64,000 nucleotides of DNA from Clostridia bacterium (lineage in GTDB: Bacteria; Bacillota; Clostridia; UBA1381): contig JAZRMB010000025.1 of the NCBI GenBank assembly GCA_045647245.1, positions 12,285-76,284 on the forward strand, read 5' to 3'. A program made the position numbers and the translations under genes. Shown one piece after another: positions 7,650-16,704 of the stretch (positions are counted from its first letter, which is position 1; each line of letters opens with the position of its first letter). The notes under the pieces were generated by a model, which was not told the DNA's origin, made no database searches, and saw nothing but the letters and a program-made list of their open reading frames with translations.

Positions 7650-8537
7650 ATGTACAAGACAGATTTTGAAATCAAGAAGGAGATCTGCGAAATAGGCAGA
7701 AGAATCTATCAGGACGGCTTTGTTGCTGCAAATGACGGTAACATTTCAGTTAAGGTTGATGAGAACACCTATTTCACAACACCGACAGGCGTATCAAAGG
7801 GCTTTATGACACCTGATATGATTTGTAAGGTGGACGGAAACGGTAACCCCAAGGAGAAGGCAGGAAAGTATCGTCCGTCATCGGAGTTCAAGATGCACCT
7901 TAAGGTGTACAAGGAGCGTCCCGACGTAAACGCAGTAGTTCACGCTCATCCCCCGATTGCAACCTCCTTTGCAATTGCAGGAATAGCTCTTGATAAGCTT
8001 ATTATGCCTGAGGCTATTATATTCCTCGGTGCAGTGCCCATCGCTCAGTACGGCACACCTTCAACAATGGAAATCCCCGAGTCACTTGAGCCGTACATCC
8101 AGGAGTATGATGCAATACTTCTTGCAAACCACGGTGCACTTTCGTTCGGCTGTGACTTAAATACTGCATTCTTCAGAATGGAATCAACAGAATTCTACGC
8201 AAAGCTTACATATTACGCAACAATGCTCGGCGGAGCAAAGGAAATCCCCTGCGGCGAGGTTAAGAAGCTTATCGACCTCAGAAAGCAGTTCGGAGTTCCC
8301 GGACGTCATCCGATGGAAAAGCTTTGTCCGGGTTGCTACGAGGATGGTACTTGCGAAATGTCTCCGACAGATGCAAATGCTAAGTACAATGTAGAATCAC
8401 CTGCTGCTTACCACGGTTTCCAGCCGCTTCCCTCACAGGTATGCGATAACGGCGGATGCTCTTGCGGTAAGGACGGCGATATCGAAAAGATAGTTGCTGA
8501 AGTAACAAAGCGTGTACTTGAACAGTACAGAAAGTAA
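7650..8537 (+). CDS. class II (fuculose/rhamnulose-phosphate-type) aldolase with an 80-aa Cys-rich C-terminal extension
   Basis: The core (aa 1-215) has the class II aldolase motifs NDGNISV, AVVHAHPP and LLANHGALSFG. Residues 218-295 are an extension ending in an amphipathic helix. Confidence 0.85.
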   Translation: MYKTDFEIKKEICEIGRRIYQDGFVAANDGNISVKVDENTYFTTPTGVSKGFMTPDMICKVDGNGNPKEKAGKYRPSSEFKMHLKVYKERPDVNAVVHAHPPIATSFAIAGIALDKLIMPEAIIFLGAVPIAQYGTPSTMEIPESLEPYIQEYDAILLANHGALSFGCDLNTAFFRMESTEFYAKLTYYATMLGGAKEIPCGEVKKLIDLRKQFGVPGRHPMEKLCPGCYEDGTCEMSPTDANAKYNVESPAAYHGFQPLPSQVCDNGGCSCGKDGDIEKIVAEVTKRVLEQYRK

Positions 8538-9466
8538 TGGACAAGCTTTATACCGGCGGCGGTGACAAGGGTTATACCTCGACGCTGTCGCAAAGAAGGA
8601 TATCAAAATCTGATATTCTGATTGACCTTTTGGGAACTGTTGACGAGCTTGAGGCGGCGCTCGGAGTTGCAAAGACTTTTATGAGTGATAAAAAGCTTAT
8701 AAAGGATACGGAAGCAATTCAGAAAAAGCTTTTCGGTATAATGGAAGAGCTCTCGGGCGGAAAGCAGTCGGTAACGGCTGAATGTGTTGCAACGGTTGAA
8801 AATATGTGTGACAGTTATATGACTGAATGTGACGGCTTTGTAATCAGCGGACACAACAGCGTAGAGGCACACCTTAATATGGCAAGAGTAATTGCAAGAC
8901 GTGCCGAGAGGCTTATAGTTAAGTCAAGTCAGCTCGGACGTGTTAAGCCGGATACTCTTGTGTGGTTCAACAGAATCAGTGATTTGATATATGCTATGGC
9001 AAGATATTCCGCAAAGGAAAGACAGCTTCCAAAGGTAGAAGCGGGGGAATATGCGGCTGATAAGATGTCGCTTTCGCTTGCAAAGGAGCTTTCACTTGCG
9101 GTTGAAAAATATGCGGTAACTGTCGGCGTTAAGCCGGTAGTTGCGGTGGTAGATGCCGGAGGAAACCTTGTTCTTCTTCATTCTGCGGATGACAGCTATA
9201 TAGCAAGCAGAAAGATAGCAAAGGATAAGGCGTACACTGCGGTATCGTTGAAGATGCCTACTGCAGTTGCACTTAAGGAATCAAGAGGAGGCGCTCTTGA
9301 CGGACTTTGTGCAGGAGACGGAATCTGTTTGTTAGGTGGCGGTGAGCCGCTTATCGCAAACGGACAGATTATCGGCGGTATAGGCGTTTCAGGCGGCAGT
9401 GCAGAGCAGGATACCTTGCTCGGACACTTTGCGGCTGAGTATTTATTAAGGAGGCAGACGTTGTGA
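8537..9466 (+). CDS. pduO: PduO-type ATP:cob(I)alamin adenosyltransferase fused to a GlcG/DUF336 domain
   Basis: N-terminus is YTGGGDKGYTS ... DLLGTVDELEAALG (PduO-type ATR). C-terminus is VVAVVDAGGNLVLLH ... GGIGVSGGSAEQD (GlcG/heme-binding-like). Confidence 0.85.
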   Translation: MDKLYTGGGDKGYTSTLSQRRISKSDILIDLLGTVDELEAALGVAKTFMSDKKLIKDTEAIQKKLFGIMEELSGGKQSVTAECVATVENMCDSYMTECDGFVISGHNSVEAHLNMARVIARRAERLIVKSSQLGRVKPDTLVWFNRISDLIYAMARYSAKERQLPKVEAGEYAADKMSLSLAKELSLAVEKYAVTVGVKPVVAVVDAGGNLVLLHSADDSYIASRKIAKDKAYTAVSLKMPTAVALKESRGGALDGLCAGDGICLLGGGEPLIANGQIIGGIGVSGGSAEQDTLLGHFAAEYLLRRQTL

Positions 9467-10881
9467 ATATTGATGAAAAGCAATTGGAACAAATAGTCAG
9501 AAACGTTCTCTCCGGTATGGAAGAAAAGAAGCCTGAAAGACATCAGCTCGGCGTTTTCGATAAGATGGAAGATGCTATTGAAGCTGTAAACAAGGCTTAT
9601 GCACTTTTCAGAAGCTACAATAAAGAGCAGAGAGAGAATATTATAAAAGAAATCAGACGTTTGACCCACGAAGAAGCTGAAACAATGGCAAAGCTTGCTG
9701 TTGAGGATACAAAGATGGGTAACGTTTACCACAAGGTTTTAAAGCATCATCTTGTTGCTGACAAAACCCCCGGTACAGAGGATTTAGAGGTTCGTGCACT
9801 TTCGGGAGATAAGGGACTTACTCTCGTTGAAATGGCTCCCTACGGAATCATCGGTGCAATCACACCTTCAACTAATCCGAGCTGTACTGTAATTTGTAAC
9901 AGTATAGGAATGCTTGCAGGCGGAAACGGTGTTATTTTCAACCCCCATCCCCACGCAAAGAGAATTTCAGCATATGCGGTTGACCTTGTAAACCGTGCAG
10001 TTCTTGCAGCAGGCGGCCCTGAAAACATTGTAGCAACGGTTAAGAACCCGACTATGGAAACATCGAATATGATGGTAAATCATCCGTCGGTAAGAATGCT
10101 CGTTGCAACAGGTGGCCCCGGAGTTGTTAAGATGCTTCTTTCAAGCGGTAAGAAGGCAATCGGTGCAGGTGCGGGAAATCCGCCGGTAGTGGTTGACGAT
10201 ACGGCAGATATTAAAAAGGCCGCAAAGGATATCATTGACGGATGTACATTTGATAATAACCTTCCCTGTATTGCGGAGAAAGAGTGTTTCGTAATGGACA
10301 GCGTTGCTGACGAGCTTATCGCAGGAATGCAGAAGAACGGTGCATATCTTTTGAACAGCAAGCAGGTTGAAGAGCTTGAGAAGGTAGTATTGGTTGAGCT
10401 TCCTCCGAAGAATCCCGGGGACAAGCCCAAGAAGGTTATTAATAAAGATTATGTAGGCAGAGATGCAAAGGTAATACTTGCACAGATTGGAATAAACGTA
10501 GGCGATGAGGTAAGATGTATCATTTGTGAAACAGAGTTCTCACAGAGCTTTGTACAGACGGAGCTTATGATGCCGATACTTCCGATAATTCGTTGCCGTA
10601 CTTTTGAAGAGGCAATGGAAATGGCTGTAAAAGCTGAGCATGGCAACCGTCATACAGCACATCTGCACTCAAAGAATGTAGACCATATGACAGCTTATGC
10701 AAAGGCTGTATGCACTACAATATTTGTTAAGAACGCTCCGAGCTATGCCGGAATCGGTTTCGGAAGCGAAGGACATACAACATTTACGATAGCAGGCCCC
10801 ACAGGCGAGGGTATAACCTCGGCAAGAAGCTTTACAAGACAGCGCAGATGCGTGCTTGTTGACAGCCTGTCTATCATATAA
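9463..10881 (+). CDS. CoA-acylating aldehyde dehydrogenase (PduP/EutE family) with N-terminal encapsulation peptide
   Basis: 472 aa; GAGAGNPPVVVD and catalytic-Cys region NNLPCIAEKE. GTG start overlaps the upstream stop (GTGA). N-terminal amphipathic IDEKQLEQIVRNVLSGM. Confidence 0.9.
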   Translation: MNIDEKQLEQIVRNVLSGMEEKKPERHQLGVFDKMEDAIEAVNKAYALFRSYNKEQRENIIKEIRRLTHEEAETMAKLAVEDTKMGNVYHKVLKHHLVADKTPGTEDLEVRALSGDKGLTLVEMAPYGIIGAITPSTNPSCTVICNSIGMLAGGNGVIFNPHPHAKRISAYAVDLVNRAVLAAGGPENIVATVKNPTMETSNMMVNHPSVRMLVATGGPGVVKMLLSSGKKAIGAGAGNPPVVVDDTADIKKAAKDIIDGCTFDNNLPCIAEKECFVMDSVADELIAGMQKNGAYLLNSKQVEELEKVVLVELPPKNPGDKPKKVINKDYVGRDAKVILAQIGINVGDEVRCIICETEFSQSFVQTELMMPILPIIRCRTFEEAMEMAVKAEHGNRHTAHLHSKNVDHMTAYAKAVCTTIFVKNAPSYAGIGFGSEGHTTFTIAGPTGEGITSARSFTRQRRCVLVDSLSII

Positions 10882-10896
10882 GAAAGGACTGATACC

Positions 10897-12102
10897 ATGG
10901 ATGAAAAGCAGATAGCGAGCCTGGTACAGCAGGTGCTTGCGCAGATGGGTAATCCTCAGTCAGCTGCTCCTGCGGCTAAAAAGAGCGGTGAAATACCCAA
11001 GACAGCAAGAGTTGCAATGCTCACAGCACTTAACACCTTTGAGGTTAAGGAATATCCCATCCCCGAGCTTGGAGATGACGATATCTTAGTAAGAGTTGAG
11101 GGCTGCGGCGTTTGCGGTACAGATGCTCACGAATGGAAAAATGACCCCTTCGGTCTTATCCCGGTAGCGCTCGGTCACGAGGGTTCGGGTGAGATTGTTG
11201 CAATGGGTAAGAACGTTAAGAAGGACAGTGCAGGAAAGCCCCTTAATATCGGTGACAAGGTTGTTACCTGTATGATATTCAAGGACGATCCCGATATCAC
11301 AATGTTCGACTTAAACAAGCAGAATGTCGGCGGTGCAGACGTTTACGGACTTCTCCCCGATGACGATATTCACTTAAACGGCTGGTTCAGCGATTATCTT
11401 GTAGTAAGAGGCGGTTCAACAGTATTTAATGTAAGTGACTTAGACCTCGATTCAAGAATACTCATCGAACCGTGTGCAGTACTTATTCACGCAGTAGAGC
11501 GTGCTAAAACTACAAATATCTTAAAGTTCAACTCAAGAGTTGTTGTTCAGGGTTGCGGACCTATCGGACTTATCTGTATCGCAGTATTAAGAACAATGGG
11601 TATTGAAAATATCGTAGCTGTTGACGGTAACGACCAGAGACTTGAATTTGCAAAGAGAATGGGTGCTAATGAGTCTGTAAACTTTATGAACCATAAGGGT
11701 CAGGATGCTTTGGCAGGTGCTGTTAAGGATGCATTCGGCGGATATCTTGCTGATTTTGCATTCCAGTGCACAGGCTCACCGATTGCTCACAGCAATATCT
11801 ATAAGTTTATAAGAAACGGCGGCGGTCTTTGCGAGCTTGGCTTCTTCATCAACGGCGGAGATGCTCAGATTAACCCGCACTTTGACCTCTGTTCAAAGGA
11901 AATCACACTTGTAGGTTCATGGGTATATACTTTGAGAGATTATGCAACAACCTTCGATTTCTTAAAGAGAGCACAGGCTATCGGACTTCCGATGAAGGAC
12001 CTTATCACACACCGCTTCGGCCTCGATGAAATGAATGAGGCTATGGAAGTGAATGTGGCACAAAAGGGACTTAAGGTTGTCTATATCAATAAGGAGATAT
12101 AA
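10897..12102 (+). CDS. zinc-dependent medium-chain alcohol dehydrogenase with N-terminal encapsulation peptide
   Basis: GCGVCGTDAH and GHEGSGEIV zinc motifs; Rossmann motif VVVQGCGPIGL. About 40-aa N-terminal extension beginning DEKQIASLVQQVLAQM. Confidence 0.85.
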   Translation: MDEKQIASLVQQVLAQMGNPQSAAPAAKKSGEIPKTARVAMLTALNTFEVKEYPIPELGDDDILVRVEGCGVCGTDAHEWKNDPFGLIPVALGHEGSGEIVAMGKNVKKDSAGKPLNIGDKVVTCMIFKDDPDITMFDLNKQNVGGADVYGLLPDDDIHLNGWFSDYLVVRGGSTVFNVSDLDLDSRILIEPCAVLIHAVERAKTTNILKFNSRVVVQGCGPIGLICIAVLRTMGIENIVAVDGNDQRLEFAKRMGANESVNFMNHKGQDALAGAVKDAFGGYLADFAFQCTGSPIAHSNIYKFIRNGGGLCELGFFINGGDAQINPHFDLCSKEITLVGSWVYTLRDYATTFDFLKRAQAIGLPMKDLITHRFGLDEMNEAMEVNVAQKGLKVVYINKEI

Positions 12103-12105
12103 GCT

Positions 12106-12444
12106 ATGGAAGCTGTAGGCATTATTGAAATGTTTGGCTTTGTGGCGGCAATAAAGGCGGCAGATGCGGCGGCAAAGGCGGCAGATGTTAAAGTTATAGC
12201 AATTGACTCTAACAAGCCTGCAAATGCAGAGTCTGTTGAAGTACCGCTGATTATGTGTGTAAAGGTTCAGGGAAGTGTTTCTGCGGTTACTGCGGCAGTT
12301 GAAGCTGCGGCAGAAGCGGCACAAGCTTGTACGGGACTTATACAAAAGCACATTATTGCACGTCCCACTGAAGATACCGAAAAAATGGCTCTTCGCTGCA
12401 GCGTAGGACGCGACAGGGTAGGGCATATAAAGAACAATGCGTAA
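12106..12444 (+). CDS. BMC-H shell protein, divergent (single BMC domain with insert)
   Basis: EAVGIIEMFGFVAAIKAADAAAKAADV ... VQGSVSAVTAAVEAAAEAA ... IIARP is the Pfam00936-type pattern. Confidence 0.75.
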   Translation: MEAVGIIEMFGFVAAIKAADAAAKAADVKVIAIDSNKPANAESVEVPLIMCVKVQGSVSAVTAAVEAAAEAAQACTGLIQKHIIARPTEDTEKMALRCSVGRDRVGHIKNNA

Positions 12445-12456
12445 AAAAGTCCCAAT

Positions 12457-12542
12457 AAAATCGCCCACAGCACTACCTTGCAGCTCGGGGCTGTATCAAT
12501 ATACAGCACCGCTCGCGGCAAAGCAGCACTGTGAACGATTTT
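12457..12542. repeat. B-type palindromic intergenic element, copy 1
   Basis: Termini AAAATCGCCCACAGC ... GCACTGTGAACGATTTT are inverted repeats. The inner hairpin is ggctgtat-caat-atacagc. The same termini recur at 57600-57682 and 57764-57908. Confidence 0.7.
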
Positions 12543-12597
12543 CTTCGGGCCTTATGTTAAGTGCCTTACGGCACATAAATGAAAGGAGTATATAAAA

Positions 12598-12867
12598 ATG
12601 GAAGCACTTGGTATGATTGAAACAAGAGGTTTAACAGCATCAATTGAAGCAGCAGATGCTATGACAAAGGCAGCAAACGTAACACTCGTAGGAACAGAGA
12701 AGATCGGTTCAGGTTTGGTAAGTGTTATCGTAAGAGGAGACGTTGGCGCAGTAAAAGCTGCTGTTGAAGCAGGCGCACAGGCAGCAAGCAGACTTGGTGA
12801 GCTTGTTGCTCAGCACGTAATTCCCCGTCCTCACGGCGATGTTGAAAAGATTCTTCCCACCATCTGA
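12598..12867 (+). CDS. BMC-H shell protein (PduA/EutM-like)
   Basis: [28 protein letters not shown] ... [19 protein letters not shown] ... VIPRPH is a canonical BMC-H sequence. Confidence 0.92.
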   Translation: MEALGMIETRGLTASIEAADAMTKAANVTLVGTEKIGSGLVSVIVRGDVGAVKAAVEAGAQAASRLGELVAQHVIPRPHGDVEKILPTI

Positions 12868-12888
12868 TTTTAAGAGAGGAATATAATT

Positions 12889-13323
12889 ATGGAATTTTCC
12901 TTAGGTCTTGTGGAGGTTTCTTCACTGGGACATGCGATAATGATGCTTGACGAGATGACAAAGGCGGCAGACGTTGAGTTTGTGGCAGTTGAGCGAAAGC
13001 TTGGCGGTCGTCTTGTTACAATCGTTGTAAGGGGCAGTGTTTCATCTGTAACAGCATCTGTTGAAGCAGGAAAAGCGGCGGCAGAGCGGATGAACTGTTT
13101 AAAAGCGGCAGAGGTTATTGCACGTCCGCATCCGGAGATATTCAAATTCCTTCATCTGGATGATCAGGAAGAGACAACTCCGAATTCGGAGAGTGCCGCA
13201 ACTCACACCGGAAAGGTTCCGGCTGAAAAAGAGGAAAAGCCTGTTGTAAAGACAGCAAGAAAAACCTCACAGGAAACAGCGGCAAAGAAAAAAGCTCCCG
13301 CAAAGAGGAGCAAAAAGTCCTGA
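12889..13323 (+). CDS. BMC-H shell protein with a 60-aa basic disordered C-terminal tail
   Basis: BMC domain LGLVEVSSLGHAIMMLDEMTKAADV ... VRGSVSSVTASVEAG ... VIARPH. It is followed by DDQEETTPNSE...KVPAEKEEKPVVKTARKTSQETAAKKKAPAKRSKKS. Confidence 0.8.
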   Translation: MEFSLGLVEVSSLGHAIMMLDEMTKAADVEFVAVERKLGGRLVTIVVRGSVSSVTASVEAGKAAAERMNCLKAAEVIARPHPEIFKFLHLDDQEETTPNSESAATHTGKVPAEKEEKPVVKTARKTSQETAAKKKAPAKRSKKS

Positions 13324-13397
13324 TAAAAGGACAAAAAACAGTTATTAATAAATTAATATAAATTAGAGCGAAAGCTCGGAAAGTGGAGGTCATTAAA

Positions 13398-13673
13398 ATG
13401 GCAGTAGAAGCATTAGGAATGGTAGAAACAAGAGGTTTGGTAGCAGCAATCGAGGCAGCAGACGCAATGGTAAAGGCAGCTAACGTACAGTTAATCGGTA
13501 CCGAGAGAATCGGTTCAGGTCTTGTAACTGTAATGGTTAGAGGCGACGTTGGTGCTGTTCAGGCAGCTACAGATGCAGGTGCAGCTGCAGGCGCTAAGCT
13601 TGGTGAGCTCGTATCTGTTCACGTAATTCCCCGTCCTCACGGCGACGTTGAGAAGATTTTGCCGGTTCTTTAA
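13398..13673 (+). CDS. BMC-H shell protein (PduA/EutM-like)
   Basis: [30 protein letters not shown] ... VIPRPH. ATG at 13398 is preferred over the tracked GTG at 13383, because ggagg sits 8 nt upstream of the ATG. Confidence 0.92.
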   Translation: MAVEALGMVETRGLVAAIEAADAMVKAANVQLIGTERIGSGLVTVMVRGDVGAVQAATDAGAAAGAKLGELVSVHVIPRPHGDVEKILPVL

Positions 13674-13714
13674 TTTAAAGCTTTGGCAAATAGTCCGGGA
13701 TAGAATTTCGGAAA

Positions 13715-13740
13715 AATACGCAGTCGGAAGACCTTAATTA
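13715..13740 (+). promoter_or_regulatory. perfect 26-nt palindrome (intra-operon stem-loop)
   Basis: cggaagaccttaattaaggtcttccg lies between the last BMC-H gene and pduL. No U-tract follows, so it is more likely an RNA stability or processing hairpin than a terminator. Confidence 0.5.
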
Positions 13741-13775
13741 AGGTCTTCCGGTTGTGTCAGTTCTTGGAGGGTATT

Positions 13776-14420
13776 ATGATAGACGAAAAAGTTGTACAGC
13801 AGGTTACTAAAAGCATACTTGAAATATTAAAGAGTGAAAATGCAGACGACGGCATAAAGGTCGGCGTTTCGGCACGTCACGTTCATTTGTCACAAAGTGA
13901 TCTTGAAACCCTTTTTGGAAAGGGACATGAGCTTACACCTAAAAAAATGCTTATGGGTGACCAGTTTGCGGCAGAAGAGTGTGTAACACTTGTAAGCCCT
14001 TCACTCAAGACTATAGAGGGTGTAAGAGTTCTTGGCCCGGTAAGAAGTGAATCGCAAATTGAGATATCGAGAACAGACACCTTTAAACTGAAGGTAAGTC
14101 CTCCCGTTCGTCCTTCGGGCGAAATAAAGGGAAGTGCACCAATGGCACTAGTTGGCCCTAAGGGAAGTGTTTTCCTTAACGAGGGTTGTATTATAGCAAA
14201 CCGCCATATACATATGACACCGGCGGATGCCGAGAAGTACGGCATAAAGGATAATGATTTGGTAGATGTTGAAATTCAGAATCAGAAGCCTACACGCTAC
14301 TATGATGTGCAGGTGAGAGTTCGTGAGGATTTCAATACAGAAATGCATATAGATACCGATGATGCAAATGCGTCTGCTATCAAGACAGGCGACAGAGTAG
14401 AAATTCTGACTAAAGACTGA
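13776..14420 (+). CDS. pduL: phosphate propanoyl/acyltransferase PduL with N-terminal encapsulation peptide
   Basis: Two PduL repeats (VGVSARHVHLS ..., IIANRHIHMTPADA ...). Start chosen at ATG 13776 (ggaggg RBS), giving N-terminus MIDEKVVQQVTKSILEIL. Confidence 0.9.
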   Translation: MIDEKVVQQVTKSILEILKSENADDGIKVGVSARHVHLSQSDLETLFGKGHELTPKKMLMGDQFAAEECVTLVSPSLKTIEGVRVLGPVRSESQIEISRTDTFKLKVSPPVRPSGEIKGSAPMALVGPKGSVFLNEGCIIANRHIHMTPADAEKYGIKDNDLVDVEIQNQKPTRYYDVQVRVREDFNTEMHIDTDDANASAIKTGDRVEILTKD

Positions 14421-14468
14421 TAATCTTTTTGTGTGTATTTTGGTATGCACTTAAAAAGGAGAAAATAT

Positions 14469-14726
14469 ATGTTATTAGCAAAAGTAAAGGGAGCGGTTGT
14501 CTCCACCAGTAAAAATGAAAAATTGGTAGGCTACAAGCTTTTGATAGCCGAAATTATAGAGAATGACCAATTAACCGGAAGAGAACTTCTTGCGGTTGAT
14601 GGTGTAGGTGCAGGCATTGGCGAGACAGTTATTATAGCCTTGGGCAGTGCGGCAAGATTGGGAGTTGACAGAGCTGATTCGCCGGTAGATGCGGCGATTG
14701 TAGGTATAGTTGACGAGCAGCAGTGA
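14469..14726 (+). CDS. eutN: BMC-P pentameric vertex protein (EutN/CcmL family)
   Basis: MLLAKVKGAVVSTSKNEKLVGYKLLI ... AVDGVGAGIGETVII ... Start at ATG 14469 after aaggag. Confidence 0.9.
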   Translation: MLLAKVKGAVVSTSKNEKLVGYKLLIAEIIENDQLTGRELLAVDGVGAGIGETVIIALGSAARLGVDRADSPVDAAIVGIVDEQQ

Positions 14727-14751
14727 TATGACGAAAGGAGGGAGCACGGTA

Positions 14752-16092
14752 ATGGAGCTTACAGAACTTCAAAAGCTGATATACGATGCAGGAATAATCG
14801 GTGCAGGCGGTGCCGGCTTCCCTACACACAGAAAGCTTTCGGATAAAACTGAAATAATAGTTGTAAATGCGGCTGAATGTGAACCATTGATGATGGTTGA
14901 CCATCATATTATGCAAAAGCATCTTCACTTAATTGTTGATACTCTCAATATGCTTATGGATACGATGGGTGCAAAAGAAGCTATTATTGGCATAAAGGGT
15001 AAGAATATGCATCTTTTAGACAGCAAGGTTGTCAAAGAGATGAAAGGAACAAGAATCAGTGTTAAGGAGATACCAGATATATATCCGGCAGGTGACGAGG
15101 TTGTCTTAACATATGAAACAACAGGAAGAATCGTACCTGAGGGCGGTATTCCTATCGCTGTGGGTGTTATGGTAACAAACCTTGAAACGCTCTTTAATAT
15201 CTGGAAGCTTTTTAATGAGGATACCCCGGTGGTTGAAAAGTATGTAACAATCGGCGGTGACACAAAGGACAAGGACTTAACCGTAAAGGTTCCGGTGGGA
15301 ATGAAGGTTAAAGAGCTTCTTGCCGCTTGCGGATATGATAACCTTGAGGGTAAATGTGTCATAAACGGCGGACCGATGATGGGAAAGCTTGTTGACCTTG
15401 AAAATGATGTTGTAACAAAAACTACAAAGGGACTTTTGATATTCCCTGAAACTCATGAGGTAATACAGCTGAGAAAAAGACCGCTTTCGGTCAATTTAAA
15501 ACGTGCCGCGGCAGCTTGCTGTGAGTGCCATATGTGCAGTGACATGTGTCCGAGAATGCTTATGGGTTATAACTTTAGTGTACATAAGGTTTTAAGGGCG
15601 GCATCACACTCGCAGGTTTGTGATACGAAAAGCTTTTTACAAAGTTCACTTTGTTGCGGTTGCGGTGTTTGTACAGTGGTTGCGTGTCAGCAGATGCTTG
15701 ACCCGAGAGAGATTTCGATGGCTGTTAAGGGAGAGCTTGCAAAGCAGGGCTTTAAGTACAGCTCGGATAATCATCCCAAAGAGGTAAGAGCGGAAAGAGC
15801 AGGAAGGCTTGTTTCTTCCGATGTGTTGGTAAGTCGTCTCGGTGTTGGAAAATATCTTAAACCGGTAGTTCGTGATATGCGTCCGTTCAATCCTGAAAAG
15901 GTATATATTTTGACAAAACAGCACGTTGGTGCACCGGCAACTGTATTGGTTAAGGTTGGAGATAAGGTGAAACGCGGCGATGCTGTGGCAAGAACGCCGT
16001 ATGAAATTTTGGGTACTACTATGCATTCGAGTATTGACGGCGTTGTTACAAGAGCAGACAACGATATGATAGTAATTGAACGTAGGGCATGA
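14752..16092 (+). CDS. pduS: PduS-like RnfC-family flavo-iron-sulfur protein
   Basis: GAGGAGFPTHRKL nucleotide motif and two 4Fe-4S motifs (CCECHMCSDMCP, CCGCGVCTVVAC). Start at ATG 14752 after aaggaggg. Confidence 0.8.
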   Translation: MELTELQKLIYDAGIIGAGGAGFPTHRKLSDKTEIIVVNAAECEPLMMVDHHIMQKHLHLIVDTLNMLMDTMGAKEAIIGIKGKNMHLLDSKVVKEMKGTRISVKEIPDIYPAGDEVVLTYETTGRIVPEGGIPIAVGVMVTNLETLFNIWKLFNEDTPVVEKYVTIGGDTKDKDLTVKVPVGMKVKELLAACGYDNLEGKCVINGGPMMGKLVDLENDVVTKTTKGLLIFPETHEVIQLRKRPLSVNLKRAAAACCECHMCSDMCPRMLMGYNFSVHKVLRAASHSQVCDTKSFLQSSLCCGCGVCTVVACQQMLDPREISMAVKGELAKQGFKYSSDNHPKEVRAERAGRLVSSDVLVSRLGVGKYLKPVVRDMRPFNPEKVYILTKQHVGAPATVLVKVGDKVKRGDAVARTPYEILGTTMHSSIDGVVTRADNDMIVIERRA

Positions 16093-16102
16093 GGGTTAGA
16101 GT

Positions 16103-16651
16103 ATGATTAAATCTATAGGATTGATTGAAGTTAAGAATATTTCAAAGGGCATCCGTATTACAGATGAAATGCTTAAAAGTGCGGATGTTAACCTTATAGA
16201 ATCCGGCTCTGTATGTCCGGGTAAATATGTTACCGTAATAGGCGGTAGCTTGTCAGCTATTCAGGCAGCGGTAGAACGTGCAGCTATGATAGCAGAGGGA
16301 GCTTTGATTGATAAGTTTGTAATCGGAAACCTTGGCGACAAGGTGTATGAGGCTGTGTGTGGGACTGCGTGTGCGAAACCGAGAGGTGCGCTTGGCGTGA
16401 TAGAAACATTCACGGCGGCGTCAGCAATAATGGCGGCAGATGCGGCTGTAAAAGCAGGCGTTGTTGACCTTATAGAGGTTAGAATTGCAAGAGGTATGGG
16501 CGGAAAATGCTTTGCTCTTATGACGGGTGATGTTGCAGATGTAAAAGCGGCTGTTGATGCAGGTGCAAAAATTGCGGCAGAGGGCGGCGTGCTCATAAAT
16601 ACAGAGGTTATTGCAAATCCTCATCCTGATTTGTGGCAGACAATTATATAA
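16103..16651 (+). CDS. pduT: BMC-T tandem-domain shell protein (PduT-like)
   Basis: 182 aa with two BMC domains (IGLIEVKNISKG..., LGVIETFTAASAIMAADAAVKAG...). Cys in SVCPGKY lies at the position of the PduT pore Fe-S ligand. Confidence 0.85.
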   Translation: MIKSIGLIEVKNISKGIRITDEMLKSADVNLIESGSVCPGKYVTVIGGSLSAIQAAVERAAMIAEGALIDKFVIGNLGDKVYEAVCGTACAKPRGALGVIETFTAASAIMAADAAVKAGVVDLIEVRIARGMGGKCFALMTGDVADVKAAVDAGAKIAAEGGVLINTEVIANPHPDLWQTII

Positions 16652-16704
16652 TGTAAAAATGGGATGTGAAAGCATCCCTTATTTTATATGACGGAGGTAG
16701 TGTT

